From: a bacterium
Lineage (GTDB): Bacteria > Patescibacteriota > Minisyncoccia > UBA6257 > GWB1-50-10
DNA: 64,000 bases
Reading direction: 5' to 3'
Assembly: GCA_021815205.1 (NCBI GenBank)
Contig: JAKAHD010000001.1
Location: forward strand, 89,247 to 153,246
The notes under the pieces were generated by a model that saw nothing but the letters and a program-made list of their open reading frames with translations, ran no database searches and was not told the origin of the DNA. The position numbers and the translations under genes were made by a program. Shown piece by piece: positions 51,829 to 60,512 of this stretch. The first letter of the stretch is position 1; every line of letters starts with the position of its first letter.

Positions 51829-54138
51829 CTATTTTTTGAGAAGTTCTTTGAATAGATGCGGCGGGATGCGGACGTGTGCGCGTGCCTTGAGGCGCTCCTT
51901 CCCTTTTTTCTGCTTCTGCCACAGCTTCATTTTTCTCGTCCGGTCCCCTCCGTTTTTCCCAAAGTTGCCGAGTTCTTTCCGGAGCGCGGGGATGTCTTCG
52001 CGTGCGATCACTTTTCCGTGGTCCTTCGCCTGAATCGGCTGAGCGAACTGCTGTTGCGGGAGCGTCTTCTTCAGGCGCTCGACGAGCTCACGCGCTTCGT
52101 ATTGCAGCGTGCTCTTCGGAAAGAAGCGCGAGAGCCCCGGGATGATTTCTCCCGCAATCGCGATGTCGATCTTTACGATGTCGGCCTTCATGTAGTCCGC
52201 GAGCTCATAACTGAACGAAGCGTAGCCGGCGGTCGCGGATTTCAACTGGTCGTCAAAATCACTTACGAGTTCCGCAAGCGGCATGATTGCCTTGATTTCT
52301 GTTTGGTTTTGGAACGTCTCCGTCATGATGTTCGAGAATCTGAATTTGTTCTGGAGCGGGTAGATATTATTCAGAAATTCCGGCGAGGTGAGGATTACAA
52401 TCTTCACCATCGGTTCCCAAATCGCTTCGTATTCTTCAGGGATTTCTTCGGGCTTCACAATCTCGATCCACCCCCCTCTAGTTTTCACTTTATAAAGCAC
52501 CGAAGGAAATGTACTCACGGTCGTAACATGGAATTCGCGCCGGAGGCGTTCCGCGGTAATCTCGAAGTGAAGGTGCCCCAGGAATCCGACCTTAAATCCC
52601 CGCCCCAAGACCTCGTTCTGGTCCGGTTCGATATGGAGTGCCGAGTCATTGAGCCGCAGTTTATCGAAGCTTCGCTTCAGAAGATCATACTCGTCGTTGT
52701 CCTCCGGGTAAAAGGACACGAACACAACCGGTTGCGGCTCTTGGTAGCCGTGCAGCGCAAACGTTTTTGGATTCTGGCATTTGGATTTTGAGCTTACTAT
52801 CGTGTCCCCTATCTTCACGAGCGCAATATCCTTGATGCCGGTCGCGATGTACCCGATCTCTCCCGTTCCGAGTTTCTGTGTCGCGGTCAAGGGCGGAGCA
52901 AAAAAACCAACTTCCTTTATCTTCGAGGAAGCGCCGGATGCCGCAAGCGTAATAATGTCCGTTCCGTTTACCGTGCCTTCGAAGACGCGCACCGACGCGA
53001 TCACCCCCTTGTGATCGTCGTAGAAGGAATCGAAAATGAGTGCCCGCGCTGGGGCCGCCGATACTCGCTGATTTTGAGCTGATGCACGCTGATCCGTTTC
53101 TATCTCGACCGGTGAAGGTATTCGTTCAATGATTACTCGAAGCAGATCAGAAACCCCTTCTCCCGTTTTTGCGGAGACCATCATTATTTCATCGTCGGAT
53201 ATGTTCAGAAGTTCCGCGACCTCGTGCCGGATGCGCGCAAGCCCCTCCGTGTCTCCCCGCGCTTCGAGAATATCGATCTTATTTACCGCGCCGATGATCG
53301 TAAGTCCCGCACTGCGCGCCAAGTGAAGGTTTGCAAGGGTCTGTGCCTGGATTCCTTGGGTTGCGTCCACAAGGAGAATACCGCCCTCGACGGCCGCCAA
53401 GGCGCGCGACACCTCGTACGAGAAATCGGAGTGCCCCGGAGTATCAATCAAGTTGAGGATATATTCCTCAACTTGCGCGGAAGGTCGCGGAAGGGACGCG
53501 GAATCGCGCGGAATTTCACGGGCTGTGTCGTATACGACTCTTTGTATGTCGAGAGTCTTCGTTCCGAAATTAATGAGTAGCGCAAGTTTGTAGTCTGACC
53601 CCTTGAGATAGCTCCATAGCTGTTCTGTCTGTGGGCGGCCTATTTCCGGTAATGCTTTCAGCTCGATAAGTATTTTCTCTTCAATTATAAAATCCGGTTG
53701 GTAGGAACCGATTTTCTTGCCGTCGTAAAAAATTCCAATGTTTTTTTCGCTTTCGAACCGCAGGTTTCTCTTCTTGAATTCTTCTGCCAGGGCATTATGA
53801 TAGACGATCTCTTTATGTCCTAGACCTAGCCTTTTTCTTACCTCGAAAGCGGCGCCGCGTATTTCATAGGTAATGGTTTCGTATAGTAATTTACTTTCTG
53901 CGTCATTCCGCGTATCATTCTGCGTCATTCTGCGGTGAGGATGATAACGCATCCTCACAGGGGCCATTTTAATGGTGATCCCCCGCTCCCGTTCGAGTTC
54001 AAGCTGATCAAGATATTGTTCCTGCATGTGGCGCGTATCCACCGTGCCCGTAATTTCAAGGAACCGATCCGCGAGGGTTGACTTCCCGTGATCGATATGG
54101 GCGATGATGCAGAAATTTCTGATGTAGACTTCGTTCAT
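51829..54138 (-). CDS. lepA: translation elongation factor 4 (LepA) carrying an in-frame about 158-aa GxxExxY/PD-(D/E)XK-domain insertion in the G domain
   Basis: NFCIIAHIDHGKSTL, ERERGITIK, DTPGH, NKID and LepA C-terminal domain are all present. 769 aa versus about 600 typical. The extra segment lies between ITIKMAPVRMRY and EEYILNLIDTPGH. Confidence 0.85.
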   Translation of the reverse strand: MNEVYIRNFCIIAHIDHGKSTLADRFLEITGTVDTRHMQEQYLDQLELERERGITIKMAPVRMRYHPHRRMTQNDTRNDAESKLLYETITYEIRGAAFEVRKRLGLGHKEIVYHNALAEEFKKRNLRFESEKNIGIFYDGKKIGSYQPDFIIEEKILIELKALPEIGRPQTEQLWSYLKGSDYKLALLINFGTKTLDIQRVVYDTAREIPRDSASLPRPSAQVEEYILNLIDTPGHSDFSYEVSRALAAVEGGILLVDATQGIQAQTLANLHLARSAGLTIIGAVNKIDILEARGDTEGLARIRHEVAELLNISDDEIMMVSAKTGEGVSDLLRVIIERIPSPVEIETDQRASAQNQRVSAAPARALIFDSFYDDHKGVIASVRVFEGTVNGTDIITLAASGASSKIKEVGFFAPPLTATQKLGTGEIGYIATGIKDIALVKIGDTIVSSKSKCQNPKTFALHGYQEPQPVVFVSFYPEDNDEYDLLKRSFDKLRLNDSALHIEPDQNEVLGRGFKVGFLGHLHFEITAERLRREFHVTTVSTFPSVLYKVKTRGGWIEIVKPEEIPEEYEAIWEPMVKIVILTSPEFLNNIYPLQNKFRFSNIMTETFQNQTEIKAIMPLAELVSDFDDQLKSATAGYASFSYELADYMKADIVKIDIAIAGEIIPGLSRFFPKSTLQYEARELVERLKKTLPQQQFAQPIQAKDHGKVIAREDIPALRKELGNFGKNGGDRTRKMKLWQKQKKGKERLKARAHVRIPPHLFKELLKK
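53470..53960 (-). mobile_element. inserted element inside lepA encoding a GxxExxY (23S rRNA IVS-protein-like) domain, with inverted-repeat ends
   Basis: Insert encodes ...YEIRGAAFEVRKRLGLGHKEIVYHNALAEEFKKRNLRFESEKNIGIFYDGKKIGSYQPDFIIEEKILIELKAL. Low-coordinate end has 'cgcggaa' x4 (53475-53520). High-coordinate end has 'tcattc(c/t)gcg' x3 plus an 8-bp hairpin gtgaggat/atcctcac at 53935-53958. The ends are mutually inverted (cgcggaat / attccgcg). Confidence 0.45.
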
Positions 54139-54179
54139 ATTATTTTGAAATCAAAATCTCTGATGCTCAGTCAAAGCAG

Positions 54180-56291
54180 TTATTCCTGCCGTGTTGGTTG
54201 CGCCTCAAGCGTGAGCGTGAGTAGTATCCGCTTATCCGGATCGTTCGTGTCGTAGGTAAAGACGGAACTCTTGGATTCCGCCCAATAGTATTTGAAAGGC
54301 GCATTGATGACAAGATGAAGCGAGTTTTGTACTCCCGATTGACGCTCGAAAATGAAAGTGTATACCTGTCCCGGCGCGAGTGCGGGAAGATTGGTGTAAG
54401 AGGTCTGATAGCGGAGCTGCATCGTCTTCGACTGTCCCGCGGGAGTCTGAAGCCACGCGGCGAACACATTCTTTCCAAACTCGTTCCTTTGCCACGCCTT
54501 GAAATTCGTGAGGTATACCTCCTTCTCTGTTGCGGCGAGATCCGGGTTTGTTGTGTAACTCGAGCGGGTGTACTCAAGCGTGGAGTTCACCGTCCTTGCG
54601 TCATTTCCTTGAATACTCACGAGCGATGTGCCGGGTTCCGTGAAGACCTGCAGAAAATCTTTGTTCACCACCCGATACCATGGATCTTTCTGGGTGTTGC
54701 CGCTATGGGTTCTTGTGATGTTTACACTCGTAAACGTATTCCCGTTCGTATCAAGATCCACCTTCGCACTGACGCTTTCCCCGATGAACGCATCGGTTTT
54801 TCCTCCAGCGACGTTCGCGTTCACGACCGCAAGATACGAACCCCAGAAGTTGTCGGGGAGTGAGTAGACCGAACCGTCGAGGTTATGTGACGTAAGGAAA
54901 TCGGAGAGCGTCGCATCCTTCGCGTAGTACATAATGTCTTTTTTCTGCACCGCTTCTTTTATCTTTTGGAAGAGTTGATTTCTTCCTTCGGAAGAGAGAT
55001 CATTCAGCTTCTGGAGCAGGATCGGCGCGAGCACTTTGAGTATCTTCTTCGGCTGGCCCGCCTTTTTATCCGCTCCCGCCTCGACTTCCCGTTGTACCTC
55101 AGGAAGGAAGTTATCGCTCGTAATGGTTATACCGTATTCGGGAAGCGGAATGGGGCCTGTCACGTCGAGGAGGGATTGCACGACGTTGATATTGAGGGCG
55201 ATCGCCATATCGAACGTTTCGTTACGATCCGAGTACATCTTCGATGCCTCGAGGAAGTGCACGATCGTCTTTGCGGAAGTCGGAAAATCAAAGAACCAGT
55301 TCGCGTCGCGCGCTCCCCAGTTGCGCGTGACGCCCTGCAATTGTTCCGGAGGAATCACCTTGAGGTCGAGCTGTCCGTCGGGATCGTAAATATCCCGCAC
55401 GTCTATGTTTGTCATCTGTCCTCCCGAGACCGTGATATCGGCATAACTCCCCACAAAACCGCCTCCCGGGCGGATCTCGGAGGGATTTTGGAAGAGAAGC
55501 ACTATATGGTGATCCCCCGGCGCTTGAAACCACGCGAGGAGACTTCCTAAGGCGCTGTCCCAACTGTAGAGCTCGGCGCTGTATTTCAGGTACTCCCCTC
55601 CGATCGCGGTATCAACTGACTGGAATGACGAGGAAAGGTTTTTAAGATTCGAGGTGGTATTTTTAATGTCGAGCGTCTCGGTATTGATCTGTTGGATGAG
55701 AGTATGGAGGGAAGAGAGCGCCGCAATAAGCGACTTTCCGTCGTGTACGAAGTATCCGAAGCCGTTTGTCTGGAGATCCTGGAGCCCCTGGCTCAGTTGA
55801 AGGAACTGGAGGTTCAGCGAGGTGATTTTCCCAAGAAACCCCATCCCCTGTTGGACGACGGGAACAATATTCCCCACGACATCAAAGATGGTTTGTCCGA
55901 CGCCGTTCCGCACCATGGAGTTGATGTTTCCGAGCGCTTCCTTGTTTTTCTCGAGATACGCGGATGCGGCTTGAGGTTCGAGATTTTTGAGCGCGGTTGC
56001 GGACGCGAGAAAATTTTTCATAATGGACGAGCTTGTGTCGGCGACGCTCGCCTTAATGGTCCTCAAGTTGTTTACGAGAAGGAGCACGAAGAGCACGACC
56101 CCGACAAGGAGGAGCCCGAATATGCCTATGAGCGCCCGTTTCAGAATCACAAATCGGGGCGGTGCAGCTTCCGGCACGTGCGCGAGGTTCACCGTACCGA
56201 ACTTATTGAGCCGCTCGTAGTTGAAGTTTGGGTTCCTCACGTCGACGAGGATCGGGTCGATGTTCTTTTTTGGTACTGACTTCTTTTCCAT
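54180..56291 (-). CDS. large membrane-anchored protein, DUF4012-like, associated with glycosyltransferase cluster
   Basis: 703 aa. Single N-terminal TM (LIGIFGLLLVGVVLFVLLLV) then large extracytoplasmic domain. Family assignment from overall architecture and context only. Confidence 0.35.
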   Translation of the reverse strand: MEKKSVPKKNIDPILVDVRNPNFNYERLNKFGTVNLAHVPEAAPPRFVILKRALIGIFGLLLVGVVLFVLLLVNNLRTIKASVADTSSSIMKNFLASATALKNLEPQAASAYLEKNKEALGNINSMVRNGVGQTIFDVVGNIVPVVQQGMGFLGKITSLNLQFLQLSQGLQDLQTNGFGYFVHDGKSLIAALSSLHTLIQQINTETLDIKNTTSNLKNLSSSFQSVDTAIGGEYLKYSAELYSWDSALGSLLAWFQAPGDHHIVLLFQNPSEIRPGGGFVGSYADITVSGGQMTNIDVRDIYDPDGQLDLKVIPPEQLQGVTRNWGARDANWFFDFPTSAKTIVHFLEASKMYSDRNETFDMAIALNINVVQSLLDVTGPIPLPEYGITITSDNFLPEVQREVEAGADKKAGQPKKILKVLAPILLQKLNDLSSEGRNQLFQKIKEAVQKKDIMYYAKDATLSDFLTSHNLDGSVYSLPDNFWGSYLAVVNANVAGGKTDAFIGESVSAKVDLDTNGNTFTSVNITRTHSGNTQKDPWYRVVNKDFLQVFTEPGTSLVSIQGNDARTVNSTLEYTRSSYTTNPDLAATEKEVYLTNFKAWQRNEFGKNVFAAWLQTPAGQSKTMQLRYQTSYTNLPALAPGQVYTFIFERQSGVQNSLHLVINAPFKYYWAESKSSVFTYDTNDPDKRILLTLTLEAQPTRQE

Positions 56292-56294
56292 ACG

Positions 56295-57434
56295 TTATGC
56301 GCGCTGTGCGATCGATGCAAATAGCTTCATATACTGCGCGGCGCTTTTTCTCCAGTCGAACCGCGCCGCATTTTCCTTCCCTTTCCGTATGAACGATGCG
56401 CGGAGTGCGGGGTGTTCGAGGAACGCCTCAATTGCGTCGGCGAGCTCGCGCACATTCCAGGGATTTACAAGGAGCGCGCTTCCGCCGAGTATTTCTGGAA
56501 GTGAGGTGCGGTTTGAAGCGATGACGGGCGTGCCGCACGCCTGGGCCTCGAGCGGAGGAAATCCGAACCCTTCAAAGAAGGAAGGGTAGACGAATGCCTC
56601 GGCTCTGCGGTAGAGGAGGCGCATCACTTCGGGGTCCGCTTTTCCCCAGAAGATGATGGCGTTCGAGTAGGGCGACCGCGCTGCCTCTTTGAAAATTGTA
56701 GCATAGAGCCATCCCGGCGATCCCGCGAGTACGAGCGAGAGATCCTTGTTGTTCGGCGATTGTTTGAGGAGAGAAAATGCCCGTATGATCGCGATGATGT
56801 TCTTTCTCGGTTCAATCGTGCCGGAGTACAACAGGAAGCGCTCGGGCAGCCGTAGCGCATCCCGCGCCGCCGTGTTTGTATGGCTTGTTTCGAGGTACAA
56901 AGGATCAATTCCAGAGTAGATTCTCGTGATCTTCTCTTCAGGTATTTTGAAGGTATCAACGAGCGTTTCTTTTGTGAAGTCGGAGACGGCGACGAGATGC
57001 CCCGCGGTACGTATCTGCTCCGCGTAGTTCTGTCTCCAATGCCACAGGCGTTCGCGCGAAGAGAAGAACTCCGGGTAGTGGAATGAAATATCGTGAATCG
57101 TAAGGACGCGGCGTTTCGGGTTCCGAAACGAAAGAATATTGATGTTGGGACTCCAGAATACATCGGAGGGAAATAGTGCGTCAATCTTCGGAGCCGCAAG
57201 AAAGAGGTTTAGAAAATCGAATATCCTGTTCGGTATCCTGAAATTCGCCGAGTGCATATTCCCCGGGCCCTCCGGAGCGCACATCTCTTTTTTTCTTCTG
57301 AACCCGTTCGCAAAAAGGAGATACCGGTGTTCCGGATAATCCTCGATGAGACGTTCGGTAAGAAGTCTTGTATATTCGGAGATTCCGGAGAACGTATCGG
57401 GTTTCCATCCCCGTGTGTCAATGAAGATATTCAT
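56295..57434 (-). CDS. family 4 (GT-B) glycosyltransferase
   Basis: E-x7-E region EGFGFPPLEAQACGTPVIASN. Start moved to MNIFIDTRGWKP. The track's longer N-terminus is translated from the R3 repeat. Confidence 0.8.
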   Translation of the reverse strand: MNIFIDTRGWKPDTFSGISEYTRLLTERLIEDYPEHRYLLFANGFRRKKEMCAPEGPGNMHSANFRIPNRIFDFLNLFLAAPKIDALFPSDVFWSPNINILSFRNPKRRVLTIHDISFHYPEFFSSRERLWHWRQNYAEQIRTAGHLVAVSDFTKETLVDTFKIPEEKITRIYSGIDPLYLETSHTNTAARDALRLPERFLLYSGTIEPRKNIIAIIRAFSLLKQSPNNKDLSLVLAGSPGWLYATIFKEAARSPYSNAIIFWGKADPEVMRLLYRRAEAFVYPSFFEGFGFPPLEAQACGTPVIASNRTSLPEILGGSALLVNPWNVRELADAIEAFLEHPALRASFIRKGKENAARFDWRKSAAQYMKLFASIAQRA

Positions 57435-57442
57435 GTATTTCT

Positions 57443-57546
57443 CTACGAAGTACGAATTGCTTACGAATATACGAAAAAAAACGTACAACTCGCAACTTAC
57501 AGCTTAATGAGCGGATTCGTATATTCGCGTAAAATTCGTATTTCGT
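57443..57546 (-). repeat. hairpin-rich leader repeat (family R3) copy 3, 8 nt upstream of the GT4 start codon
   Basis: Gene orientation: 'gctacgaaatacgaatt-ttacgaatatacgaat...ttttcgtatattcgtaagcaattcgtacttcgtagagaaatacATG'. Confidence 0.7.
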
Positions 57547-57696
57547 AGCATGGCATAGTTTTTACCCTCCTCCGCGAGCGAAAGCGAGTAGAGAAAGTCA
57601 TGCCCGTAACCCCCCCACATCAGAGAATGCCCCGCGCGTGATCCCATGGTGTGGAGGTAAAGTCGCGGGGCTCCACATTGCATTTTTGGAACGTTT

Positions 57697-58794
57697 CTAT
57701 AGTGTAAGCCCATACTTGGCGAGCATGCCGAGAAAATTTTTTTTAAATTCTTCCTTCGAGAATCGTTGTGCCGATTTTGCGATCGCGCGCCGATCGAACG
57801 AATGGAATTCCAGCTCCTTCACGGCGGCAACGATCGCTTCGGGCGTTTGTTCCCGGAACAAAAGCCCCGTTTTCTTATGCGTAACGATTTCTCTCGCGCC
57901 CCCTTGGGCGAACGCGATGACGGGCGTGCCGCACGCCTGCGCTTCCGCGGCGACAAGCCCGAAATCCTCGATCTGGGGAAAGATAAACGCCTTGGCGTTG
58001 CTGTAAAGAAGCCGCAGTTCGTCGTCGCTCGCCGACTCTATGAATTCTATGAGCGGCGATCGTACGAGCTTCTTAAGCTTTGCGAGTTCCGGTCCCCGTC
58101 CCGCAATCTTCAGGGGCTTCTGAAGCTGATTCATGGCGGCAATCCCGAGATCGAATCCTTTGTAATAGAGAAGCCTTCCCGCCATAAGATAATACTCCTT
58201 CTTTCCCGATTCCGGCTCCGGATAGAACATGTCGGTGTCGACGGGAGGATATACCGTAATCGCGTCTCTTCCGTAATACGCTCTCACCTTCTCGGCGATG
58301 AAGTTCGAGTTTGCAATGAAGAGATTTACCTTTTGCGCCGCGTTCCTGTCCCATTTCTTGAGCCACTTCGCGATGGGGTATGCGATAAGATTCGAGAGCG
58401 CCTTCGGAGAAAAGCGGAGATTCTTCAGATAATCGATCTCCCACGCGTAGCGGAGCGGGCTATGGCAGTAGCTTATGTGATAAGGCGCCCGTACCCGGAA
58501 CCCCTTGGCATATCCCGCGGTCGAGGAGATCACGAGGTCGTATTCCTGTTTCGGGTGAATGGACGACGCGGCGAAAGGCATGAGTGGTATGAAGAGCCGA
58601 TGATGTTTCCGTACCCACGGGATGTCGAGAAAGCTCGATCCGCGGATGTTTCTTTCAAAGATCCCTTTTGTTTTCCCCCTATCGTAAAGAAGCGTATAAA
58701 GATCGGCGCGAGGAAAAATCTCGATCAAGGATTTCAATACCCGTTCCGCTCCTCCGAACTGATTTAAGTAATCATGGAGTATGGCAACTCTCAT
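57697..58794 (-). CDS. family 4 (GT-B) glycosyltransferase
   Basis: EDFGLVAAEAQACGTPVIAFAQGGAREIV. Start moved to MRVAILHDYLNQFGGAERV. Confidence 0.8.
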   Translation of the reverse strand: MRVAILHDYLNQFGGAERVLKSLIEIFPRADLYTLLYDRGKTKGIFERNIRGSSFLDIPWVRKHHRLFIPLMPFAASSIHPKQEYDLVISSTAGYAKGFRVRAPYHISYCHSPLRYAWEIDYLKNLRFSPKALSNLIAYPIAKWLKKWDRNAAQKVNLFIANSNFIAEKVRAYYGRDAITVYPPVDTDMFYPEPESGKKEYYLMAGRLLYYKGFDLGIAAMNQLQKPLKIAGRGPELAKLKKLVRSPLIEFIESASDDELRLLYSNAKAFIFPQIEDFGLVAAEAQACGTPVIAFAQGGAREIVTHKKTGLLFREQTPEAIVAAVKELEFHSFDRRAIAKSAQRFSKEEFKKNFLGMLAKYGLTL

Positions 58795-59010
58795 TACCTC
58801 AATTTTACACTGAAAATCTCTATTATTCCAAATGAAGAGAGTTCTCCTCCCGAGCGTATATTGCTCAAGCATGTCACACGCTTCCCGCGCGAGCCACGTT
58901 GCCGAGCCAGGCCCCTCGCCGATAGGCGCGCAGGGTGGCGAGGAGTGAGCGAGCAAGGAAGAAGCGTGATGCGCGATGCACGTATACGCGAGGGAGGAGA
59001 ACTCTTATTC

Positions 59011-59613
59011 TTACACCCCCGTCGGGTCGGAGAAGAATATAAGAAACGTCTTGAGGAGAATTTTCAGATCGAATGAGATGGATTGGTGTTCGAGATAGTA
59101 TCTGTCGAACCCAATCTCTTGCTCAAACGGAAGGAGGGATGCGCCGCGTATCTGGGAGAGGCCAGTCAACCCCCCCCTCGCAAGGGTAACGTCTTTGAAT
59201 TCGGAAGGATAACGTGCTACCTCCTCCGGCTCGTGAGGCCGGGGTCCCACGAGCGCAAGCCGCCCCTGGAGCACGTTCACGATTTGCGGGAACTCGTCGA
59301 TCCTGAACTTGCGGAACCACTTACCCACCCGCGTGATGCGCGGGTCATTCGCCATTTTGAAGAGCGGTCCGTCATTCCGCTCGTTCTGGGAGAGAAGCTC
59401 ATGTTTCATTGCGTGGGCGTTCCGCACCATACTGCGGAATTTGTATACCTTCACGATCTTTCCTTCACTCACGCGGTCGAGCGCTACGAATACGGGAAAG
59501 CCGCTCTCGAGGACGATTGCGAGAGCTATGAACGGATAGAACGGGAGAGAGATGAGGAAGAAAATCGTTCCGAGAGCGATATCAAAGAGGCGTTTGGAGA
59601 GAGGATAGGACAT
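59011..59613 (-). CDS. bacterial sugar-phosphate transferase (WbaP/WcaJ C-terminal domain type), polyprenyl-phosphate hexose-1-phosphate transferase
   Basis: One TM then PF02397-like region (...RIDEFPQIVNVLQGRLALVGPRPHEPEEV...). Confidence 0.8.
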   Translation of the reverse strand: MSYPLSKRLFDIALGTIFFLISLPFYPFIALAIVLESGFPVFVALDRVSEGKIVKVYKFRSMVRNAHAMKHELLSQNERNDGPLFKMANDPRITRVGKWFRKFRIDEFPQIVNVLQGRLALVGPRPHEPEEVARYPSEFKDVTLARGGLTGLSQIRGASLLPFEQEIGFDRYYLEHQSISFDLKILLKTFLIFFSDPTGV

Positions 59614-59747
59614 GCCTAAAATTTTAAATTTATAATTACCTAATTTTTAATTCACAATTTTAAATTTTTAATCAATTTTAAATGCGTTCTAATTTTAAAT
59701 TTCAAAATTATTTCATTTCGATTTGAATAAAAATTTCAAATTAAAAA

Positions 59748-60419
59748 TTATTTTATGACCATGGTAAATTCTCCTCTCCCCTTCTCTCCTTTGAAATACT
59801 CCTGTGCCTCGCGCACGGTGCCGTGCCAGACCTCTTCGTGTAATTTCGTGAGTTCTTTCCCCACGATAAGACGCTGATCCGCTCCGAATGTTTTCTTGAT
59901 ACTCTCGAAAGTTTTTTGGAGCCGGTGCGGCGATTCGTAGAGCACGATGGGGCGGATGATAATTTTGCAAAGTTTTTTAAAGAATGTTGCTCTCCCTTTT
60001 TTGTGCGGCGGGTAGCCGACGAACGTAAACTCATTCGCGTGGATGCCTGATACGGAGAGAAGCGTCGCGATGGCCGACGGTCCCGGGATCGGTATGATGC
60101 TTATCTCCGGATGGCGTTCGCGAAGATACGCCACGAGCTTCGCGCCGGGATCCGCGATTCCCGGCGTACCCGCGTCGCTTACGAATGCGGCGCTTTTCCC
60201 TTCATCAAGAAAATCGGCCACCCTTTTATAGAATGATTCCGCCGCGTACTCGTCCGCGCGCCATGCGGGCCTTTGAAGTCCGAGATGGTTCAAGATTTTT
60301 CTTGCAACGCGCGTATCCTCGGCGAGTACAAGATCAACCTCCTTCAAGGTCTCGATCGCGCGGAGCGTGAGATCGTTCAGGTTCCCGATCGGTGTGGCGA
60401 CGATGTAAAGGGTAGGCAT
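59748..60419 (-). CDS. rsmI: 16S rRNA (cytidine1402-2'-O)-methyltransferase
   Basis: MPTLYIVATPIGNLNDLTLRAIETLKEVDLVLAEDTR tetrapyrrole-methylase-fold N-terminus typical of RsmI. Confidence 0.85.
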   Translation of the reverse strand: MPTLYIVATPIGNLNDLTLRAIETLKEVDLVLAEDTRVARKILNHLGLQRPAWRADEYAAESFYKRVADFLDEGKSAAFVSDAGTPGIADPGAKLVAYLRERHPEISIIPIPGPSAIATLLSVSGIHANEFTFVGYPPHKKGRATFFKKLCKIIIRPIVLYESPHRLQKTFESIKKTFGADQRLIVGKELTKLHEEVWHGTVREAQEYFKGEKGRGEFTMVIK

Positions 60420-60512
60420 GAAAAGAAATTTGAAATTTGAAATTTTTAATTTTAAATCAATTCTAATTTTTTCAATTTAAAATTCAATTAAAATTTAGAA
60501 CTTGAAATTTTC

